A stretch of 64,000 bases of DNA from Spizellomyces punctatus DAOM BR117 (taxonomy: Eukaryota): the NCBI GenBank assembly GCA_000182565.2, contig KQ257451.1. One strand, given 5' to 3'. Shown here piece by piece: positions 33,812-43,327 of the stretch. The notes below the pieces were generated by a model that was given only the letters and a program-made list of their open reading frames with translations, was not told the DNA's origin and did no database searches. Numbering within the stretch: the first letter of the stretch is position 1; every line of letters starts with the position of its first letter. A program made the translations under genes and the position numbers.

Positions 33812-34302
33812 TGGCCGACGGGTCTGTGATTGTTTTGTGAATGTTGCATGGAGTTGCTATCGTTGCGGCATAAAATGGGATCGTTTGAGAGATTTGGAAT
33901 ATCGGGCCCCCCACACGTTTCCGTTTTCGTTTTCCCCTTGAAGCCCGTCAAATGCCCCGTTATTCCTACAGAGATCTCTAAAAAGCCCAAACTTGTCACC
34001 ACAGTAAACAATTGGAAAGTCGACTGTGCCGCTGAACTTTGTTGCCATGACAATAGCATCCCTCACACCTCTCGACCTGTTCGATGTGCTTTCAACAATA
34101 CATGCAACAAGGTACACAGCATCGTTCTCGTCGCCGTCACAACCATTTACAACCGCCCAAGAACAACAGCAACCCAACAGCACATCAACGAACACGCTCA
34201 AGGCATGCAACATTGCCTAATACCTCGAGGGATTTTGGCAAGCACACCGATTACACACGTGACACTAAACCCAAAACAACGCTCTTGGTGTCATCAACAG
34301 TG

Positions 34303-34428
34303 NNNNNNNNNNNNNNNNNNNNNNNNNNNNNNNNNNNNNNNNNNNNNNNNNNNNNNNNNNNNNNNNNNNNNNNNNNNNNNNNNNNNNNNNNNNNNNNNNN
34401 NNNNNNNNNNNNNNNNNNNNNNNNNNNN
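34303..34428. other. Assembly gap (126 N)
   Basis: Run of N. Confidence 1.
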
Positions 34429-34500
34429 CAAATCCCACTTCCCACCCACACTCTCCAGCTTACATCCTGCAAACCAATAATCACCGCCTCAGAAACACTC

Positions 34501-34986
34501 ATGAAAATCAAAACAGGGCAAACGAGATCAGAATGTATTTTCTGTCGAATAGCGGATAATGTGGCGTCATCTCGGCGTGTGTATGAGGATGATGCGTACA
34601 TTGCTTTTCATGATATTAGTCCGAGTGCGATTGTGCATTTACTTGTTATACCCAAAATCCATGTGGGGACTGTTCGGAATTTGAGTGTAGAGGATCGGGG
34701 GATGGTGACTCGAATGAAAGAGATTGGGCACAACTTAATGGATGAGCGAGGGTTTGGAATGGGGGATCGGAGATTGGGGTTCCATGTCCCACCCTTCACG
34801 TCTGTAGGCCATTTACATTTACATGTGATTGGGTTACCCTTTCGGAATTGGTTTAGGAGTTTAAAGTATCCGTTGTGGGGGTGGGCTAGGTGGTATGTTG
34901 GTGTGGATCAGGTGGAAGCGAGTTTGGAGAGGGCTCAAGTAAGAGGTGAGATGGGGACGTGGAATTGGAGTTGGTTAAAGCGATGA
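34501..34986 (+). CDS. HINT3: HIT-family hydrolase, HINT3-like (true start may lie in or before the gap)
   Basis: CIFCRI..VYEDDAYIAFHDISPSAIVHLLVIPKIH, LGFHVPPFTSVGHLHLHVI (histidine triad) and SLKYP. Confidence 0.85.
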   Translation: MKIKTGQTRSECIFCRIADNVASSRRVYEDDAYIAFHDISPSAIVHLLVIPKIHVGTVRNLSVEDRGMVTRMKEIGHNLMDERGFGMGDRRLGFHVPPFTSVGHLHLHVIGLPFRNWFRSLKYPLWGWARWYVGVDQVEASLERAQVRGEMGTWNWSWLKR

Positions 34987-35058
34987 TATTTAAAAGAATG
35001 TTATAGAAACAGAATGATTTAGAATATGGTATAATACAAAGGATATGGGAGGGAAATG

Positions 35059-36056
35059 TTATGGAATTGTAGGTAATGCTGCCCCTATATTCGCCAACCG
35101 ATCTGCTTGTTCATTGCCAAGAATCCCAGCATGCCCACGAACATATTTCTACCAAGTAAAAAAAAAAACACATGAGCACCCCAAGATCAAAAGACAATCA
35201 AAAAACCAAACTTACCAACGTAACCCTCCCCGGATATCCCTCCCGAACCTCCTCCAACCTCACCCACAAATCCTTATTCAACACATCGGTCCCCTTGAAC
35301 GTCTTCCACCCCCTCTTTTTCCACCCACTCATCCAGTCTTCAATCCCCTGCTTCATATACATACTATCAGAATGCACCACAAGATGCATACCAGGAGGCG
35401 CAATCTCAATCGCACGGATAACGGCCAAGAGTTCTGCCCGGTTATTGGTTTGAATGGGACCTGGGAGGCGGGCAGAGGTGTTGAGGGGGTGTGAGGGGCC
35501 AAAGTAGATTCCGTAGCCGGCTCGTGCGCGGTTTTGGCCGTTGGAAAGGCAGGAGCCGTCTGTGTAGATGGGTAACATGGGGAGTGTATCGGGTGTATTA
35601 CCGTCTCGAGTATGTTTGTGGCCGTCTGGGTAGATGGGTGACATGGGGAGTGTGTCGAGTGTATTGGAACTTGATTGAGAGGGTCTCCCTCCATCAATAT
35701 CGAATGGTATTGTGGCAGTCGGTAATGTTCCAGTCCGTGCAGTAGATTCCCGCCGCGACTTGCGTCCATCTTGACCATCCAACCTTGCCTGAACCGCTTT
35801 GCAAGCACCATCCGTACTCGCCCCAATATGAACAATACCAACACCCAAAAACGCCTCCGCCTCCTGCCTAGTCTTGAACCCCTTGAATCGAGATTTAGGA
35901 AACCCATCAACCTGGGATCTACATTCCTCCCTATCAAAGTTTTGAGCAAACGATATAGGCGGAGGAGTACATTGAGACTTTTTACCATGTGGTGTATATA
36001 CCGGGTACACGCCCGGATCGGACGGCATAAAAGCTTTTGCGAGCGGTTTTGGGCAT
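35059..36056 (-). CDS. RNH1: Ribonuclease H1 (hybrid-binding domain plus RNase H domain)
   Basis: FYAVRSGRVPGIYTTW..ECRSQVDGFPKSRFKGF (hybrid-binding domain), IYTDGSC, QTNNRAELLA, HSDSMY and VRGHAGILGNEQADRLA. Two introns; an upstream extension is possible (see findings). Confidence 0.93.
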
Positions 36057-36819
36057 GCGTTTTAATTGGAATCTGATGCGCATGCAACAAAAATGTGTGG
36101 ATATGAATGTCAAAAACTTCTGAACGAACGAACTGACATTTGATGGACATGGCACACTGTGGATGGCACAGTCATATTCACGTTACGAAAGCATGCCTTT
36201 GAATAAACATGTAAGGCATTGGCGAAATAGTTCTTTGTATATGACAAACCAATAAACTTGATCCACCAACACTGCATATAAATATCTTTCAAAATCCAAA
36301 ACGTATTGGAACACAATTCTACATGAATGGCATCATGTAAGACAACTTTACACATTCCCGTCACCCAAATCTTGAAAATCTGTGCAGAGGTATAAACACT
36401 CCCAATACACATATTTGCAACACTGGACCGCATCGGAAACCGAAAAAGTCCATTCTGTTTATAAACAAAGATTATGCTCAAGAAAAAGGATGGGCAATTC
36501 GTATCTGTACAATGACGGCAAAAGATACTCATCATATACAAATGGGAGGGGATTTCAAACTGTTTACCATAGACACAGCTTTGACAAGACTATACGTAAA
36601 GCGAGTGCAGTGAACAGAATTGAACGAGTGATTTTTCGTGCACGAGCTTTAACGAGATAGTAAACACAAACAAAAAAAAAGTGGATGTGCATACAGGTTT
36701 TGCAGTAAAATGGTTGGATGGGGGTTTAACGCAACAGTACCCATTCGTCATGTAAACGACTTGTACGGGTAATGAGTTCGATTGGCAGATGCGGGAAACC
36801 CAAAAATCCATTCCAAAAC

Positions 36820-36820
<1 letters not shown>

Positions 36821-36853
<33 letters not shown>
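36821..36853. repeat. Poly(A) 33-mer
   Basis: Homopolymer run just downstream of the minus-strand stop at 36861. Confidence 0.9.
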
Positions 36854-36854
<1 letters not shown>

Positions 36855-36860
36855 ACAATA

Positions 36861-37773
36861 TTATTCCACACCCTCTTTCGGTTCCACCCCTTCCCCACCA
36901 TCACCACCACCATCACCACCACCAGCGGACGCCTCCTCATGCACAACATGAGACCGATGAAAATGCTCATGTGGCATCCCCATCGAAAGTGGATTCGACA
37001 ATGTTTCATCAATATCCTAAAAAAAAACCCACACGCAAAAAAATCAATAAACAGTGATATATACAACTTTGCTTTTAAAAGGGACTTGCCATGGCAGTAA
37101 CACCCAAACTCCCCGGTCCAAGCATCTCAATATCCTCATTCACAATCGCACGTGTACTAGAAGCTTGTTCCGCCTCATCTTGATCTTCATCATCATCATC
37201 TTCTTCTTCGTCTTCTTCATCTTCTTCATCTTCACCCTCCCCTTCTGCATCGGCGTCGGCATCTGCGTCGGCTTCTTCGTGTACTTGTTCTGGGACGTGG
37301 TGATCGTCTGTTTCGTTTTCGCCGGGTTGGTCAGTGTCATCGGCTATGGAAGCTGCTAGGGATGTGTGTTCATCTTTTGGGAATGAAGATCGTTTCTTTA
37401 CTACATAAACAAAGAATTACGTTACAGTTTGTTTGAGCTGTTGCGGCTTTGTTTTTGGGTAGTTTTTCTTTTTTTTTTTTTACCTTTAACATATTTAACG
37501 ATTTGGATATCGTGTACGGGTGGTTTGGGGAGTACGCCTGGACGTGGACCGAGTGTTGCGAGCATTGGACCCCATTTGGGTGTGACCCGTTGTTTTTCCC
37601 TAGAAAGACCAAGTTGAATCACGTAGTTTTGCCATTTGCAAATGTGAATTTGGGCTTTACCATTTGTGTACGGGGGCCCACCATGGGGTTTGTTCTTCGG
37701 ATTTGAGGGGACGGGGTGTGAGGGTGGGTGTGTTTGTGAGGGGTGTGCCGGTTCGGCTTTGGCGGGTGGACAT
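36861..37773 (-). CDS. 231-aa acidic protein with a BCL7-like N-terminal motif (4 exons, last intron GC-AG)
   Basis: Exons 37773-37661, 37599-37484, 37400-37090 and 37016-36861 join in frame. They give PVHKWEKQRVT..IQIVKYVK followed by a D/E-rich tail. Confidence 0.65.
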
Positions 37774-38513
37774 GGCGATGAGAGGTTTTAGCTTTTTTGA
37801 TAACGCACCGAAGCGCGCACGCACACACAGGTGTTGGGAAGGGTGGTTGGGATATGAATTTGCCAGCCACTCACGCGACATGTTCTGAACACTCTTTGGC
37901 ACAACTTGAAAACGCTAGTCTGCTGGTTGCGGACATGTTTTCAAGACCTGCTATACTTTTCCCAATACATTGCTTTTGGCGACAGTTCATCACATCGCAC
38001 ATCCCACCTCCTTTTGCAGACAATTAAGCACAGCTCGCACATCCCGCCTTGACATTGTTGTTGACAAATACACCACTAGAGACTGAGGCCACCACATCTT
38101 TTTTTCCAAAATCTTGCCCCATTTAACAATGCAGCTGAATCAATCGACTATTCACCATACTTTCCAAACCCTTCCTCGATACACAACACTCTAATACACA
38201 TACAGCATGAGGTTTTACAGTATGAGGTTTTTCAGCGCTCAAAAAAGGAGCGAGAGTGGGTATAAACCAAACAAACACACACTAAAACCCATTATCCAAA
38301 GCTAGAAGATAACATGTACAATCATGTCCTACTACAACATGTCCTACAACAACAATTAAAAGTCCCAACCCCCAATACCTAAATCGGACAATTCCATGAG
38401 GGACATGCCATCATCTTTGCTATACATCGGGAATGGGAGGAAGTGGAACACCCGGCGGAGGCATCAAAGGCGGTAACACCCGATCGCCTTGATCCAACGG
38501 CTGCACGCGGGTA

Positions 38514-40097
38514 TCATCCGTATTCCAATATGAATGGGGTTCTTGATAGGGCCGAGCGGGGGCGGGGCGGGAGGTAGAGCGTGGGGGGGTGGTTGTTGTT
38601 GTGTGCGGGTCGGCCGCGAGAGGGATCCCGACGTTGTCGGTGTTCATGGCGGTCAACAGAGCGCTCACGGGAGCGTTCAACAGAGCGGGAGGGTCGTTCC
38701 ACACTCTGCTCAGCGTGATAATCAGCGTAACGCTCTGGATGCCCAACATTCCTCAACGCCTCCAACCACTTGACCATATCCTCCCGACCACTCAACATGA
38801 CCCTCCACACCCGCTCCACTTTGGTCACTGGAACAAACACGCCATCTCCCAACGTCACTCGGCCCGAGACGTCTAATACCCAGACGCCCTTTTCGGATAC
38901 CCTTGTTCCACCCGGCGTAACGTCCAAGACAATCGAGGGAAGTTCTGATGAGTGGGGGGTTTTAAAGAGGTAGAGTTTGGGAGGGACGAGGACGGCGTAG
39001 CGGGATTTCCAGGGTTTAAAGAGCGAAGACGATTGTTTTTGGACGGGGCCGTGATGGGCGTTGGGAAACGTGGAGAGCGTGCCGAGGGTTTTAGGGGGCG
39101 AAAAGGGCGAGGATGAGACGGTGCTGCTGTGGACACTGGAGCGAGAAGAAGAGTGAGCGGCTGACGAGGACGGGCGGGAGGAGGAAGACAGGGAGATGGA
39201 GGCCCGGGACGCGGAGCGGGGGGGACGGCTCAAATCAAAGGATTTGGAGAGGCGGGACGTGCGAGAAGAAGAGGAGGAGGAAGAGTGGGTTTGGTGAGAG
39301 GCTCTGACTGTGTCAAACGAGGGTGTGCGCATGTGTGTCCAGCCCGCATTGCTGACGCGAACGAGGGCATCCCGGGAGGATCGACGAGCGTGGGCGTCCT
39401 GTCCCGTCGAGTCTCTTGAAACAGAGTCTCTCGACACCGAGTCTCTTGCTGACCTGGGCTCGCCATTGTTCGAGTAGGCCGCTCTCCCATTACCCTCCTT
39501 TTCATCCTTGTCATCGTCACGGAGCTCGTCCATGCAATCTTCGAGCTCATTCAAGAGACGATCGACGGTCCTCAGGAGGGTAGAGTGCTTGCCCTTTTGC
39601 GGATACCCATCGACAAAACCCGAATCGGAGCGAGCATAGGCCTGTTGTTGTTGTTCAACAAGCGTATTGTCTTGTGCATGGTCACCCATTGTCAAGGGCA
39701 TTCTTGTGTGTATGGCAGGACGATCAGGGCCGTGCGAATCAATGGCAAGCGTTGATGATGATGATGATGATGGGCGGGAGTAGCGGGCCTGTGATTTGCG
39801 GTATGGACGAGGATGATGGTGAGGCAGAGATCCTGTCAAGTGATAAAGATGAGGAGGATCGTGTGAGGAGGGTGTCGGGGATGGCAAGGTCCCTGTTGCG
39901 CTTGTGGTGGTGGTGGTGGGTGGGTGAGCCAAAGTCGTGGAGTGATAATAATGAGGATGAGGAGGAGGATAATGAGGGTGCAAGTGATGAGAATGCCAAG
40001 CAGTAGGAAGAGTGCGAGTGGACTCTGTGGGAGGGGGAGATGTTGTTGTTGGTAAATGTCCCGTTCTAGCAAACGAGCCTTGAAGTGTGTGAGACAT
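38514..40097 (-). CDS. Intronless PH-domain protein (paralogue A)
   Basis: His/Ser low-complexity regions flank the PH motif HGPVQKQ..KPWKSRYAVL..KLYLFK..EDMVKWLEALR. Start placed at MSHTLQ. Confidence 0.75.
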   Translation of the reverse strand: MSHTLQGSFARTGHLPTTTSPPPTESTRTLPTAWHSHHLHPHYPPPHPHYYHSTTLAHPPTTTTTSATGTLPSPTPSSHDPPHLYHLTGSLPHHHPRPYRKSQARYSRPSSSSSSTLAIDSHGPDRPAIHTRMPLTMGDHAQDNTLVEQQQQAYARSDSGFVDGYPQKGKHSTLLRTVDRLLNELEDCMDELRDDDKDEKEGNGRAAYSNNGEPRSARDSVSRDSVSRDSTGQDAHARRSSRDALVRVSNAGWTHMRTPSFDTVRASHQTHSSSSSSSRTSRLSKSFDLSRPPRSASRASISLSSSSRPSSSAAHSSSRSSVHSSTVSSSPFSPPKTLGTLSTFPNAHHGPVQKQSSSLFKPWKSRYAVLVPPKLYLFKTPHSSELPSIVLDVTPGGTRVSEKGVWVLDVSGRVTLGDGVFVPVTKVERVWRVMLSGREDMVKWLEALRNVGHPERYADYHAEQSVERPSRSVERSRERSVDRHEHRQRRDPSRGRPAHNNNHPPTLYLPPRPRSALSRTPFILEYG

Positions 40098-40271
40098 TTG
40101 CCTGTGTGTGTGTGTAGTGCTGTGCAAAAAACTATATAAAAAAACCAAGAAAACCAAAAAGGTATACTTGCCAAGCAGCAAAGCCCAACAACAAACAACA
40201 CGGAGGGAGGGAAGGGAGGCGGGAGGAGAGGAGGAGAGGGAGGAGGAATGGCAAGAAACACGGCAGAAACA

Positions 40272-40725
40272 ACACACACACACACACACACACACACGAG
40301 TCCAAAAGCATTAAAGTAGAAAAGTGTGAAATTTTCCATAAACAAAAAGACTACTAGTTGGTAAGACAACCTAAAGAGAAAACAAAAGAGAATGGGCGCG
40401 AGAACAAACCGCGCGATGAAAATTCAAAACTAGAAATTCTCACTTTTCTCCCAATGGGGATCTCAATGGGAATGATAATAAAAAACATTGTTGTTGAGAA
40501 TAAAAGGCATGGGAAAGAGTAAGAGAGAGAGATTCAAACATGAACTCGATCACTCTCATTCAAACACAAGAGAGAGTAGAGAGAGAGAGAGAGATTACAT
40601 ACAAGTGAGAGAGAAATAAAACAAGAGAGAAATTCACATAGAGATATCACATGATCTATATATACACTCTTGTAAGAGAAAGAGCATTTCATTCTCACAC
40701 ACACACACACACACACACTTGGCCA

Positions 40726-40757
<32 letters not shown>
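40272..40757. repeat. Cluster of (AC)n, (GA)n and (TC)n microsatellites between the two PH genes
   Basis: AC run 40272-40297, GA run ~40578-40592, CA run 40696-40718, TC run 40732-40757. Confidence 0.9.
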
Positions 40758-40763
<6 letters not shown>

Positions 40764-41106
40764 TACAAGCGATTGTCCCCAATAGTCAACACTCTCCCAC
40801 ACTCACTATATCTAATATAACCTAAATGGGATAAATAAAAGCCTCTCTTAATTCGCTTCATGATCATTTCATTTACTATATTAGGCAAGTTATATTTCAC
40901 ACTTGAACAAGAGAGAGATAGAGATGAGAGAGGCACACACTGATCACACACTTGTTACTGTACTCGCATTGCACACTTGCTGGAAGGAGAGGAGAGGAGG
41001 CGTTTCTCTCTCTGCGCTTTTTCTTTTTTTTCTTCTTCTTGTTTCTTATCTCTCGTGATTGCCGCGATATCGATTTTACATTATTTATTTCTTTTTTTTT
41101 ATATTC

Positions 41107-42582
41107 ATGTCTTTGTCTTTAGTAGAGGGATCGTCGTCTTTAGAACGCACATTGTCCTCCTCATCACCGTTGGCACGCACACGATCGCAATCGCATCCTA
41201 CTACTATGCCTAGTACAATGTATCAACAGTATCCACACAACGACGACGACAATGATGACCTCGTAGACGACTATCAGGAGGACGATCCCGACGCCCACTT
41301 TGCGTATCTAAAGGATGTACTCGCTGGAACGATTGATCCCCCCGTCGATACGCACTGGATGGAAAAGAGCCATGCCATGCACTCGGTCGATGTCCTCTTG
41401 GAACAGATTGATTCTGCTATTCGCGATTTGAATACAGCCATGGACGATGGAGAGGAACAACAGGAAGATGACGACGACGAGTTGGAGAGGAGATTGACGG
41501 CCACTTCCACGCGCTCCGCTCCTCGCCCTTTTCCGCATCAGCGCTCTCGGCACGTTTCCGGAGAGGCCGCTGTGGAAGGAGCTGAGCGCACGGGATCCGT
41601 AACGATTTGGGACCACAAACGAGCTCACTCGGCCCCCGCTCCTGCTCCCGCTCCTCGTCTCGTCGCCGCCGAGCCAAACACTGTCGATTCCATTGCATCA
41701 ACAACATCACCATTATCGTCCTTGTCGTCATTATCATCATCTGCCGATCCTCTCATCTTGCATGCAGGCTACCTCCGAAAACTCACCCACTCCCGGCCGC
41801 TAGGCTCAAAAACATACCGCCCCCGCTTCCTCGTCCTCACATCCTCCCATCTCTACCTCTTTCGCTCCTCCAACCCCCAAGAAGCCTCCATCACCGCTCT
41901 CCCCATCACTCCCACAACAGCCGCCTACGTCTCGGAATCGGGACTCTGGGTCCTCCATGTCCAGTCGCAGGGCATGGACGAGTCTGGGGCATTCGTTACC
42001 CGAAATTGGTCCTTGCAATGTGCAGACAAGGAGGAAATGGTTGGGTGGTTGGCAGCATTGCGGACGGCCATTGAACGGCGGCGCATGTCGCTCAAGGGCC
42101 GTAGTGACAAGCTACCGGGACTAAATGTCTTGTCGCAGCATGGCCGTGGCATCCTCTTGCAAGAATTGTCGCATCATACGTCGTCCTCGACGCGGCCCGT
42201 GGCTGCGTTTGGACAACCTGCCACCTTGTTTGGATCCGGGTACGGACAAACCGGGTACGGGGGACCGCCGACCACGCCCGGATCCAACCCAGACCTCTCT
42301 CCCGCCCTCGCCATCCTCGAGGGCCTCGAACGTCTCCACTCGCCCACCTCCCCAACCACCACCAACAGCACCGAACCACGCGACTACTTTACCATCCCCA
42401 TCACCACCCAACCCTCCACATCCTCATCGCGCGACGATGCTTCCATCAACTCGAGCGACACACCCACCGAAACGAAAAAGGAGAGAAAGGCCCGAGAAAA
42501 GATGGAAAAGAAGGAAAAGCTCAAGCTCAAGAAAAAGGATCAAGGGCTATCCTTTGGTGCGGCCATGAGTATGGTGATTTGA
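41107..42582 (+). CDS. Intronless PH-domain protein (paralogue B)
   Basis: HAGYLRKL..KTYRPRFLVLTSSHLYLFRS..EEMVGWLAALR, with a basic C-terminus. The start could be at a downstream Met. Confidence 0.8.
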   Translation: MSLSLVEGSSSLERTLSSSSPLARTRSQSHPTTMPSTMYQQYPHNDDDNDDLVDDYQEDDPDAHFAYLKDVLAGTIDPPVDTHWMEKSHAMHSVDVLLEQIDSAIRDLNTAMDDGEEQQEDDDDELERRLTATSTRSAPRPFPHQRSRHVSGEAAVEGAERTGSVTIWDHKRAHSAPAPAPAPRLVAAEPNTVDSIASTTSPLSSLSSLSSSADPLILHAGYLRKLTHSRPLGSKTYRPRFLVLTSSHLYLFRSSNPQEASITALPITPTTAAYVSESGLWVLHVQSQGMDESGAFVTRNWSLQCADKEEMVGWLAALRTAIERRRMSLKGRSDKLPGLNVLSQHGRGILLQELSHHTSSSTRPVAAFGQPATLFGSGYGQTGYGGPPTTPGSNPDLSPALAILEGLERLHSPTSPTTTNSTEPRDYFTIPITTQPSTSSSRDDASINSSDTPTETKKERKAREKMEKKEKLKLKKKDQGLSFGAAMSMVI

Positions 42583-42599
42583 GTGGTACCCTTGTTGCA

Positions 42600-42952
42600 T
42601 GCCTGCCTGCCTGCCTGGATGCAATCAAAACCAACGTCTCCCTCCACGCCACACTGCCGACGCACACTGCACAAACCCCACGCACGCACGCACGCACGCA
42701 CGCAAAACACACACACACACACACATACACATACATACATGCCACCCCTCGGTCCCCCTGTGCAGCGTGGACGGTCCGTACCGCCCAATACCGCACCGTA
42801 CACACTCCCACCAAAATCACTCGTCCACACCGTGTGCGAAACAGGTCAAGACGGGTGGAACAAAGAAAAAAGTGGGATATCGTTGTATGTGTGTGTCAAC
42901 TAGTTAGGACCTCGTAGAATATAAATGTAATGTCTATGATGGGTTTGTGCAC

Positions 42953-42985
<33 letters not shown>
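42600..42985. repeat. Compound microsatellites (GCCT, GCAC, AC, ACAT) and poly(A) 29-mer
   Basis: Short tandem repeats at 42600-42740 and an A run at 42957-42985. Confidence 0.85.
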
Positions 42986-43327
42986 CACATGCGTGTGTGT
43001 GTGTGCAAGCTATAGGATGGTGAAGAGGGGAAAACAATGTACAGTATGCAATGTATGTGTTTTGAATGGGTTTTATAGATTTTTTTTTTTTAATGTTGAT
43101 CATTATTTGAATTGTAATTGTCGTTTTTTATTTGATGTTTCAATGTTTTTATAGAGTGTGTGTCGTCCAGTACATAGGCACACCAAAGAAAAAGAGAGAC
43201 GATAGAATGACTAAAAGATGTTTATGAATGGACAAACGGATATATGGCACTACTAAATGCTAACATGTAAAAACAAAACCCCAATACAAGACGCTATATA
43301 CATCTCCTCCCTATATCACACAAACAT

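Noticed and set aside
33830-34601. ORFs spanning the N gap, including a long HINT3 N-terminus
   Set aside because: Frame continuity across a gap of estimated size is not evidence.
35059-36056. RNase H as a retrotransposon remnant
   Set aside because: It has a cellular hybrid-binding domain and introns, with no RT, integrase or LTR nearby.
36782-37100. Plus-strand poly-Lys/poly-His ORFs
   Set aside because: They are artefacts of the poly(A) run and the antisense of the last exon of the BCL7-like gene.
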